DNA of 64,000 bases. Source: Octopus vulgaris. Lineage: Eukaryota. Both the position numbers and the translations under genes were made by a program. The stretch lies in contig OX597815.1 of the NCBI GenBank assembly GCA_951406725.2, forward strand, positions 90,210,001-90,274,000. Reading direction: 5' to 3'. Below are positions 53,515 to 64,000 of the stretch, piece after piece; the first letter of the stretch is position 1, and the number at the start of each line of letters is the position of its first letter. The notes below the pieces were generated by a model. The model ran no database searches. It saw nothing but the letters and a program-made list of their open reading frames with translations, and was not told where the DNA came from.

Positions 53515-56026
53515 TTCTAACAACGTTCGATGATGCTTCTTCCGGTAGATTATGCGAGAGCTGACTTCAGCGTGCTGTCACAGGTCTCACAAGGCCTCTG
53601 TCCGTACATAAGCTTTGATATTTGGTTGTTAAATATCGTGGGAGACATTCAACATCCAGGTACCAATCTCAAAATTTTGTTTCTTCCATTGAGTCTATTT
53701 CCCATAATTAATTTGGTCTTTCTGAGATATTCTCACCTAAATCTTTCCTTAATTTCACTATCCTTGATTTTGTCGCATTCTAAAATCCCCAGATATGTAT
53801 ATCCATTAGTCTCAATATCCTGGTTTTTCTCGTCGTTGGGAAGTTTTACACCATCGGGCGACAGTATTTTGCCTCTTTGTATTACAAGTATACATATCAC
53901 ACTATTTGGTCCCAAATTTCATTCCGATATCCTTACTGAATATCGGCACGGTTGAAACTAGCTCATTTATTTCACGTTCAGTCTTTCCAAAGATATTTAA
54001 ATCTTCCATATATAACAGGTAATTTAATTTTCCTCACTTTTCAAGATGTACGCCGATGTCACTACCCCGTAGTATCTATGTGAGTGGTATCATACAAATC
54101 AAAAACAACAATGGAGATAGGCTATCTCCTTGAAATATGCCTCTCTTGATGTTAACCTTCCTCAAAAATGTTTCCATTTGAAATTACCTCTGTATTCCAG
54201 TTTTTCATTGATCTCCTAATAAAATTTGATAAGCTATTAGTCACCTGTATCAGCTCAAGACTTTCTAAACTCCAGGAATGGGGGACCATGTCACACGCTT
54301 TCTTATAATCGATCCACGCCATACCTAGATGAGTAAGTCTTTTCTTTCAGTCGTTCAGTACCATTCTGTCTATCAGAAGTAGGCCTTTTGCCCTGCGGGT
54401 TTTCCTTCTGTACCATTTTTGTTCCGCTAGCAGCTTGTTATTCATTTCTAGAAGGTTATACACAGATATTATTCCATAAATTAAGTACCAGTTACGCACT
54501 GGGGTCGATGTAATCGACTTAATACCTATGTCTGTCCTTGTTTGTTCCCTCTGTGTTTAGCCCCTTGTGGGTAATAAAGAAATAGATATTATTCCATATC
54601 AGGGGAAGACAGGTGATAGGCCCGTAATTATCAACTACGTAATTATCAACTGTCCTTGCGGAGGTTCTTTTTTCAAAGAATTGTTCAGCCACTCTGGGAT
54701 TTGTACAATATTTTATCCACTTGTGTGGATAATCTTCTGTGAAGCGCTGGGAAATTTTTCATCCAATATCCTTGCACTCCATCCGGTCCTGGGCATTTCC
54801 ATTATTTTGGGATCTTTATTGTCTGTTCGGTTACCATTTCGGTCGTTATTATAATATTGCTGTTTCACTTCATATTTTTCCGAACCTAATTCCTTCAACC
54901 ATTTAGCATTTTGTTATGCTTTCTTCCATTACCCCAGGTGTTACTCCAAAATCTTTTACTTTCGTCAGCGTCTGGTATCGCACTGCTGTTAACCTTTCTA
55001 TCCAGTTGTTGATAAACCCTTTTCTGGTCTTGTTGGAACAATCTGTTGAGTTTATATTGTTCAATTCTTTGGTTATGTCTCTTGATCTTTGTTGCTTTAG
55101 CGTGCAATCTTTGTTTCATCTCTTCAAGTACTATATTCAGCCCATTTCTTTGTCCTATATATACGTTGTAATTCCTGATATTCCTCCTCCCTCTTGATTT
55201 CACTATTTTTCTTTCTCTCCAAGATGTTGATATGTTTTCGTAGTTCGTTCATTGATCGTTTTCGTTCGAGGCCTACTTTATTTCCTGTATATATATATGA
55301 AGTAGTTTTTAACCAATCTATTCGTTCCAGTTATATTATCTGTCTTGATTTCTTTCAGTATTTTATCCACCTGAATGATCCACCCCTGAGAACATTTGTA
55401 TCTACTTCCTGACTCTATTTATTTCCATATCCAGGTTTTCCTCGATGATACTAGCAATGTCTTTGATCATTCCTTTGCCTTCATTATTTAACCCCTTTTC
55501 TACAGTCAGGGCTTGAGACATTATACTTATCCCGGTTACTCTCGTTAAGTGCAGCATCGTCAGCATTCTCTGTACCTGTTTCTGCAATGCTCCCCGAATT
55601 TTTGGCCATCATCCTCCTCTTAATCTCATCGAGCTCTAATACGGTAAGCCATTCTTTCTTCCTTATTGCTTTTACCTGGTCAGAGTCTCTGTTCTGTAAT
55701 ATCTGAGCCCTACTTCTCCATCCATATGTTATATATTCGCTTTCTATATCCTATTATGTATCTCCCTTCATTATCAGTGAACCTACTCAAAAACTAATAT
55801 CCCATGACAGCTACATTCACCGTCTTAGTCTATTTAATTCTAGCAGCCGTAAAATGACCCCCGGGTCTGTGCTGCTTACCCATAGGGCACCTATTGAGTG
55901 CAAGTCTGTCACTTGTAGTTCCGTCCTCATTCACGCCGTTGTTTGTGTTAATTATAATAGTCGTTACTCTCATGCAGAGTATTTTTATCGAGGCATCATC
56001 TCTAGATGGGTTTGTCTAAAAAGACA

Positions 56027-56028
<2 letters not shown>
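53515..56028 (-). mobile_element. R4/Dong-like RLE LINE, internally deleted, between (TAA)n-type tracts
   Basis: [65 protein letters not shown]; 5' region homologous to 28600-28830. Confidence 0.92.
54479..54583 (+). mobile_element. 5'-truncated long-tail SINE B inserted in the LINE, with a 15-bp TSD
   Basis: agatattattccata occurs at 54464-54478 and 54584-54598, flanking the SINE core and long tail. Confidence 0.92.

Positions 56029-56029
<1 letters not shown>

Positions 56030-56120
<91 letters not shown>
56030..56120. repeat. (TAT)n microsatellite
   Basis: Direct observation; abuts the LINE 5' end. Confidence 0.95.
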
Positions 56121-56121
<1 letters not shown>

Positions 56122-56559
56122 TTACCTCTAAAGAACTAACCGATGCAATTGAAAATCTGATATCTGTTATATAAAAAAAATGCTGCTAATAAAATTCGTG
56201 ACACTGAATGCAAAAAATTGTTTTTAACAAAGATAAATTTACATGAAGTACCTCTAAGCCATAACTATGATCATTTGCAATTCACATATATTGAGGATGC
56301 CTAACATTTAGTCTACATATTTGTTTGTCCTTAACATTCCATGTGCAACAATAGCTAGAGGTAATGTTATTTTGACTTGCACATCCTTCTGATTTATATG
56401 TCTAAGTCCATACAGTTGCTCAATTTTTCAAACGTTTTCAGAGATGCAGCTTTTTTTTTTCAGTTGGAATTGCATCATTTATCAAAATATATGTCTTTCC
56501 AACATGATTTTTCACAATATTATCCAGTAGTTTACCTGCATTTCCTACTTAATTTGAAC

Positions 56560-57560
56560 ACTGAGATTTATAAAGAGTGCTAAATCAATATTCTTCACAA
56601 TTTTCGTTATGAGAGAGATTACAGTTGCGACATATGACCAGTGTATGTTCTTACATGTCATGTATGTTCTTACATGTCTGGATGTTAATCAGACACCGCG
56701 AAAGATTATGTCGTTGACTGTTTTTGGATGTTCCCCGCATACAAGACACGATAGGCTGCTTTCATATCTCAGAAAATTAAGATTACACTGGTAACTTCTA
56801 GTTTGAAGGCATTCATCCTGAGATATAATATTCTCCTCAATTTCCAGCTTGAGACCAGCGCATGCCAGCCACAGTTGGATAAGAGCTTGCTTTACATCAC
56901 GATTCCTGGCTCTAAACAGGGTTTTTGCCTGCACTGCTTTTTGCCACCACTTTACCATAGTGTACCGAAAGTTTGTATGCTCACCTACTTTTTATAATTT
57001 TGTTTTTCAGTTGTAAGCACTTAATTTTGCGGTTACTGGTTCATCTTGTGGAATTTCCCGAAGGAGTATTCTTGAAATTTTAGTCACTCAGTACAGCTTC
57101 TTGTTACCTTAATAGTTCATAACCAGATATAGCATTCAATCGTTTATTTGTTGCTAGAATTCCCAACTGCCTTCTTTTCGCGGAAGGCATAATCAATTTC
57201 TGTCAGCTTTTGGATAATTCATGCGATTCATCGGCATCAAGGTTTAGGCTTTGACATCAATTGCACTGATCTCAGAGGTGAACCAGTAAATAATGTTCAA
57301 GCCGCATGTGCTTACTTGCATAGCGAACGTGTTTATCGCCTCGATTTTGTTATAGACTGTCAACCTACTTTTCGGTATAGCTCTGACTCTACGATAGCAT
57401 TCTTTCCTATGTTTTCTCTCTTTAACGAGTACTTACTATTCCTAACTGCGCTCATGTCCTAATTCTTTTATATCTTTATCTATGGTGATGCTGCATGATT
57501 TTGAAAGATTTTCCTTGAAATTTTTCAGTCTCAATCCCATTTCAGTGTTATTGCTAAACA
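56560..57560 (-). mobile_element. R4/Dong-like LINE fragment (post-RT region and CCHC zinc knuckle)
   Basis: WLACAGLKLEIEENIISQDECLQTRSY...CLVCGEHPKTVNDII matches WL...GLK.ETEG.I.AAQDQ.L.TR.Y...CR.C....ET..HI. Confidence 0.8.
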
Positions 57561-57882
57561 GTTCGACTGTGTGAATAACAGGGCAAAGAATTTTCTTGTT
57601 CAGTAGCAGAAGTTTAATGGAATGAGTGCAAAGATTTTTACATCGATAAAGGCATGTGGTTTTCTGTTATAAGTTACGCTTCAAAGCTGCCAGCGAAAAA
57701 CATGAAGTTTCACTCCATTAGGCTGCTACATAGATTTCATGTAACACATTTAACGTACAAAGCTTTTGCTGATCCGAAGCAAAGCTCGAAGTCTCTTTCC
57801 TAACGATCTGCTTAGTGATCTCAAACCTAAAGCCATGTAGCTGTGAAGCGACTTTTATAATTTTTTTAATTACATATACATG

Positions 57883-57883
<1 letters not shown>

Positions 57884-57932
<49 letters not shown>

Positions 57933-57980
57933 ACCTGCAACAGCAAAAACTTCTACTACTACCACCACCACCACCACCAC
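57884..57980. repeat. (CTA)n and (CCA)n microsatellites
   Basis: Direct observation. Confidence 0.9.
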
Positions 57981-59059
57981 TCCTGGTACTGCTCCTACAA
58001 TTACAAGAAAATTGACAAAACTTATGAAAGTGTAGAGTCACATTAAGTGACCCGAGTAAATGTCTGGTTGTTATTTCATTGCGCTTGTGTGGATGAAAGA
58101 CAAAGATAAACTTTGCTTGTTAAATGATTAGTGACAAAATTAATTAACACCGCGTTACATCATACATTCATAGAATTTCTACAAAATTTCAGCAATACAA
58201 CTGTGAACTCAATTTCGATTTGTAGTATATTTTCATCCTTTTAATTTTGCATTTCCTTCTATTTCATACAATTAGTGAGATTTCTGTCGACATCAAATAG
58301 ACAAATGTTTATATATTACACTCAGATATGTTAGAATAAACTTGTCGTAATTTTTAATGAAATGCATACATTAAATGTGATTTCGAATGATTGTGTTTCA
58401 AAGTAAATTCATAGTAGCAGTCAATATCATATTTAAACGAAATGTTCGTTACGTTTGCAGAATTCCCGCAGTTCTTAACCATGAATTAATTTTCAGTATA
58501 ATTTTTCTTTATAAATCCGTTCACAAGTTAATGTTAAATAGACGAAACAAGTTGGTGTGTTAATAGGAAATTAATACTCTTTCATATTTTACTATCATTA
58601 TTAATGTGATCAAGTGCGTCTTTCCAATCAGTTTCCATGGTCTGTGTCTGTGTATACACAATGAAGTGTAAGGATAACCGTGGTGTTATTTTTCTTGACA
58701 TAGAAGTAAAAAATTAAAAGTTTTTTTCCATGAAATAGTACACTTCAACTTTATCCTTTAGGCTTCCGGTAGTACACATAATACATTGATACATGTTTTT
58801 TTCTTCTAAATAATTTCTGTGGTGTATGTGTAGCATTATAGGCAAATGTCATTTACAATAGGGCCGCGTTAGTTCAAGACTTGTGAGTGAAATTCATTAA
58901 ACAGAAGTGACGAGGAAGCTCATCAGATCGACTTACACGGGTTAGCCATGTTACCCACTATTGCATACACGCTGATACAATTTCAAGGCAATTCATTTGC
59001 TTTGCAGCCAGTGTCAAAAGTGAGGAAACTTTTTCGTTAGGAAACTACGCAGACGCGGA

Positions 59060-59178
59060 AATGTCTTCTACTGTAATCATTTGGCAGACCAATTCCTTGT
59101 GAGTGAATTTGGTAGAGGTAAAATATATGCAAACATATCGTATAAGTGTGTGTGTGTGTATGTGTGTGTATATGTGTG

Positions 59179-59236
<58 letters not shown>

Positions 59237-59430
59237 TCCTCCTGTTCTGCCGAAGCATGGAAACCAATGTTGTTTTGTTTACGTCACTGTAAATTAGCGT
59301 TCTGGCAAAACAAACCGATGGAATAAGTACTAAACTTTAAAAAATAATACTTTGGTCGATCTTTTCCACAAACCCCTTTAATGTTGTGCCCTTGCATGAC
59401 CGTAGTAGACTGACTGAAACAATGGAAACT
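59060..59430 (+). mobile_element. Decayed SINE family A copy
   Basis: tgtcttctact...ccttgtgagtgaatttggtaga...gaataagtacta...tgactgaaaca, colinear with 7120-7415. Confidence 0.8.
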
Positions 59431-59442
59431 TAAAATACAAAA

Positions 59443-59487
<45 letters not shown>

Positions 59488-59503
59488 CTATATACATATA
59501 TAC

Positions 59504-59557
<54 letters not shown>

Positions 59558-59804
59558 GTTATGTCGCGCTTCCACACGACAATATATATTTGTATAAATG
59601 GGTTTGTGTGTGTGATTGTATGAGAACAATAGCTCTGTAGATTGTATTTATTGTTCCACTATTTATTGATCGCATTTTGCTTACGTCTTAGGCCATTTCC
59701 TAAGCTGCTATCCACAGAATGTATATACATCATTGCAGAATTCAATAAGTCTCACATCTGCAAGTTCTGAAATATAGGGTGTATATAAAGCAGAAAAAAT
59801 TCTT

Positions 59805-60146
59805 TTCTACTCTAGGGACAATGCCCGGAATTTTGGGGGAGGGTGCTAGTTGATTAGATCGACACCAGTATGCAATTGGTACGTAACTTATCGAACCTGA
59901 AAGGATGAAAGGCAAAGTCGACCCCGATGTAATTTTAACTCAGAAGGTAAAGATAGACGAAATACCTACTTCTTTACTACTCACAATGGGATAAACACAG
60001 AGAGGACAAACAAGGACAGACAAACGGATTAAGTCGATTATATCGACTCCAGTGAATAACTGGTACCTATTTAATCGAAATAACGGCAGACGAAATACAG
60101 CTAAGTATTTTGCCCGGCGTCCTAACGTTTCTGCCAGCTCACCGCC
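59805..60146 (-). mobile_element. Dimeric SINE family B (long-tail unit + short-tail unit)
   Basis: Head at 60146; junction at 59965/59966, at the same SINE position as the junctions in the 18895-19483 trimer. Confidence 0.9.
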
Positions 60147-61295
60147 TTTAAAGCAGAAAATATTGCAAACGTTTAGATGAGACCCAGTACAATAGTCGTT
60201 GCCGAAATATCTATACATCAAAACAGTTAGAAATTACAATTAGAGATAGTTTCATATTGGCAATGTATATATATATATTTATATATAAGAATTTATTACT
60301 TCATATTTGCCACTACTGCATTGTTGTTATTGTAATTGACTATGAATTTTGATTTTCCATTAATATTCAATAATTGTGTCTCTTAAACGATAATTATGTA
60401 TTAACTTAGTTTTTGTTTTGTTTTTCTGTGCAATCAAATTTGTTTTGTACACAATCAATCAAATATTGCATCTAACAGAATGACAATACATTCAATTTAA
60501 AACTTATTACATCATTTTATACACTAAACTTCAAATTGAAATTATAGTATATGATTCGATGGAGAAAATGAAGATAAATGAAAAATTAATGATTCAACTT
60601 GCATGCATTATATTTTTAAAATACCTACATGCGTATTAATATGAAGAATTAGCAGCTAAATCTTTTTTCAAATCATACCTTGCTATCATAAAAATAGAAG
60701 GTTACAACCAATAATGTAGTGCAAACGTAAAGATGGATTTCTCACCACCAGAACAAGTGTGTATATAAGCCAGCGCGATCACACTGCTCAGGAAACAGAC
60801 TAAATACTGTTTTTTGTAACCTAAAATAAGTAATTTCTTCTGTCTTTCTGATAACATAACGAAGATGTAATATTCCTCTAATAGATCGTTTTCAGAAGCC
60901 AAATTGTTTCTTCACCGTATTGAAATATTTTATATAGGATCTCTTCAGTGTAGCAGTCGTGAACTGATGTCGGGAAATTCATTTTGCAACCCTCTCGTTA
61001 TATAGCAAATATCTATATGACCTTTCAATTCCGTTGAGAAAAATATATTTTAAGGCTATGCGATATCAGTAAAAGAGAGCAGTTTAAAGAGCAATCTGTA
61101 TTAGGCCTATGTGCATTCGATCTAAAAACCTACACTTCAGTAATAGCCGTATATTGAATAGGTGTGCGAAATGACATAAAATTTAAACGTCTTTGTAGTT
61201 AGAGATAGCTCTGTAGGAATTCAAAGGCAACATACATCAGAATTCCATCGCAAAGAAAAAAGAATTAATACATACATCTGTGCAGGCGTGTGTGT

Positions 61296-61433
<138 letters not shown>

Positions 61434-61485
61434 ATTCATATATATATATTCATATATATGCATATGTGTATATATCTATATCTAT

Positions 61486-61522
<37 letters not shown>

Positions 61523-61831
61523 CATATACATGCATTTCTATACATATACTTATACATAGATACATACATGCACACATTCATTAAATAATTCCATTCATTT
61601 TTCCTTGTTTTGAATATTTCATCAAAACAAAATTGAAAGGGTCGATTCGGAGAAACCTATCTTTGATAAAGTGGCCACATGTTGATGTCAGCTTCAGTTT
61701 ATTCTCTTTTTTTTATTTTTAGCATAGAGAGAGAGCAACCAACTTGTGAGCAAGCATTTACAAATATGCAGTCGGTTATATGTATGTGCACATACGTATT
61801 AAATATGCATTTTTCAAGCACACACATTCTA

Positions 61832-61899
<68 letters not shown>

Positions 61900-62209
61900 T
61901 TATGTATATATACGAATGTTTCATATATATTATATATATTATATATATTCAAGAAGAATAGTTGATCATGAAAGACATCAAACAGTAAAATGCAAAACAA
62001 GCCAAAACATATTTCAACATATATCATTCTCCTTTTCTCTTAAGACATTCTCCAGTCACATAAATCTTTATCTCTTTTTATTTCAATCAATTTCTTCCCA
62101 GATTCTTTCGTCACGCTTTCCAATTGCAAATAACTTGTAAATTCGATTCCTACAGGTCTGCAAGAAAATGTGTAAAATATGTAAATAATATATATAATTG
62201 TATATCAAT

Positions 62210-62327
62210 AATGATAACGATGATGATGATGATGATGATTCATGGTGGTGGTGGTAATGGTGATGATGGTGATGAAAATGGTGACGATGATGATGATGAG
62301 GATATGATGATGATGATGATGATGATG

Positions 62328-62398
<71 letters not shown>
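62210..62398. repeat. (GAT)n/(AAT)n compound microsatellite
   Basis: Direct observation. Confidence 0.95.
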
Positions 62399-62400
<2 letters not shown>

Positions 62401-63095
62401 GTCCTTCAATGTCTACAAGGTCTCAAAGAAGTTAAAGACGTTACAAAAGGACAGATAATGACATGTTGGGCGTTCCGTACAGTGTGATAAAATTTCATAG
62501 GAGAAATAATTAACAACGATATTGGAAACAAGCAAAATTCTCTTATAAGTAGATAGTTGCGAATCAAGAAAATAATCCAAAATCTCATTAACCCCAATTA
62601 TTAAAGACTTGTGCACTTTTACGTATATATGCAATGTAAGCTTCTCCACACATACATTATTCGATATTTTCAGTAACCTTTCAACTAATTTACATACAAG
62701 CACTTCTCTTTATACACCCACTTTCCACTTCAAGTGAAAGATCATACATTTGGAGACTGCTCGGCCGAGAAGTAAATTGTATTTCGCCATACCTGTCACA
62801 TAGAGAAAATGTTTCTGTTCCTCGCGACCAACGAAATACAGTGCAGCGAACACGACTGGCATTTGCCTTGATGGATTATAGCCGTGAAAAACGGAGTAAC
62901 GCTGTTATATCCTCAACAACAAAATTCTCACATAGAATTCGTTTATACTTATTTAGAGTAACAAATAGTTAAACCTAATGCAAAAAACATATATAGTGAT
63001 GGCAGAAGCATCAACCGTGTTGAAAAATCTTAAACGTGTAATTCCATGAAATATATGTTCCTGTTATAAACATAAATCTATTTCTGTTTTTGCAG

Positions 63096-63152
63096 GACTG
63101 TTCTAGTGAGAATTATGCAAGGCAAACATGGGAACCTCCGCTCCACTATCAG
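63096..63152 (+). CDS. Candidate 57-nt internal exon of an unidentified gene
   Basis: tttctgtttttgcag acceptor, CAG|gtaatt donor, length a multiple of 3, open in two frames (DCSSENYARQTWEPPLHYQ or TVLVRIMQGKHGNLRSTI), GC-richer than its flanks. Confidence 0.45.
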
Positions 63153-63957
63153 GTAATTCTTTCGGTAGTAGTTTGCATAGTAATTTTAACTATATATCCA
63201 GCTATTACAATAAGGTTTTGCAATGTTAACTGTGTACTGTATTGTCCAAAACAATACTTCACGTTGTATAAGGGCGTCTAACAATTTCTTCAGCAAAATA
63301 TGTTCAGAGAGAAAAAGATAAATATGTAGCATAGCGTCTCTATACCTATAACCATGGCAGAACAAATTTAATTCATGCGACGGAAGTATACAGATTTACG
63401 CCTTTGGTATTCGAAAAGAGCGTCTAGCCTCATTTGCTACGTTTATTCTTGCACCAGTTGACAAATCAGAGTAGCTGCTAATTAGAGTTTGGTAAGTGAT
63501 TCAAGGCTTCAGGAACGGATTCTATATTTTGAACATCATCAATAATGGTGTCATTAATTATTTGATCCATATTAATTATTTGATCCAAAACGTATTCGCC
63601 CTTCAAAGGGATTATTGTATTATTTACGGTTGGAAATCTAATTCTAGTTTGTTGTGGTTCATCATGACATCTGCGACAGTACCAAACCAGAGTCACTGAC
63701 TTTGAAACGTCTTCTTTGACGGTAACTCTAACTCGTATATATCACGTAACTGACACTGACTCCAACTGAGAACTCGTACAAATACTCTACTACTGCTGAC
63801 CCCCTACAAAGACTGACTGTCTGAAGTTGTAGTTGCTGAGTCACATGGGAAGGGGGTACCATTTTCCCTACAACAAACACCTTAATAATTCATTTCTTTA
63901 GATTTTCTATGACTAAAATGCATGAATGGTAAGCGTCCTGCCTCAAAATTCACGGTG

Positions 63958-64000
63958 ATTCTTTTATTCTTTTATTTGTTTCAGTCATTTGACTACAGCC
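63958..64000 (-). mobile_element. 3' tail of a SINE family A copy running off the window
   Basis: Reverse complement agtcaaatgactgaaacaaataaaagaataaaag matches the tail at 7396-7435. Confidence 0.75.

Noticed and set aside
60755-60795. TATATAAG followed by a GC-richer stretch as a core promoter
   Set aside because: TATA-like words are ubiquitous in this AT-rich DNA and no downstream gene structure supports it.
62793-62901. Possible minus-strand exon (CAG|gtatgg donor)
   Set aside because: Acceptor lacks a pyrimidine tract and the peptide is unrecognised.

Overview
AT-rich, repeat-saturated eukaryotic intergenic or intronic DNA. The SINE families and the density of (TA)n/(CA)n/(TAA)n microsatellites point to a cephalopod, probably Octopus; this is an inference. 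No intact recognisable protein-coding gene is present, and nearly all listed ORFs are microsatellite read-through or decayed transposon fragments. The window holds several Penelope-like (RT + GIY-YIG) relics, three R4/Dong-like RLE LINE relics plus older fragments, and CR1/L2-, RTE- and L1/Tx1-type LINE fragments. It also holds one full-length decayed Tc1, further Tc1/mariner fragments, a solo LTR nested in a fold-back element, and many tRNA-derived SINEs. Best leads: (1) the long-tailed SINE shares about 60 nt of 3' tail with an L1/Tx1-type LINE and forms multimers with a fixed junction, suggesting SINE-into-SINE targeting; (2) Penelope-associated hammerhead ribozyme motifs, including a non-canonical CUGUCGA core shared by two copies; (3) an inverted Penelope tail copy that begins at the predicted ribozyme cleavage site; (4) a two-exon candidate ORF with a single in-frame TGA; (5) a 57-nt candidate exon near the right end.
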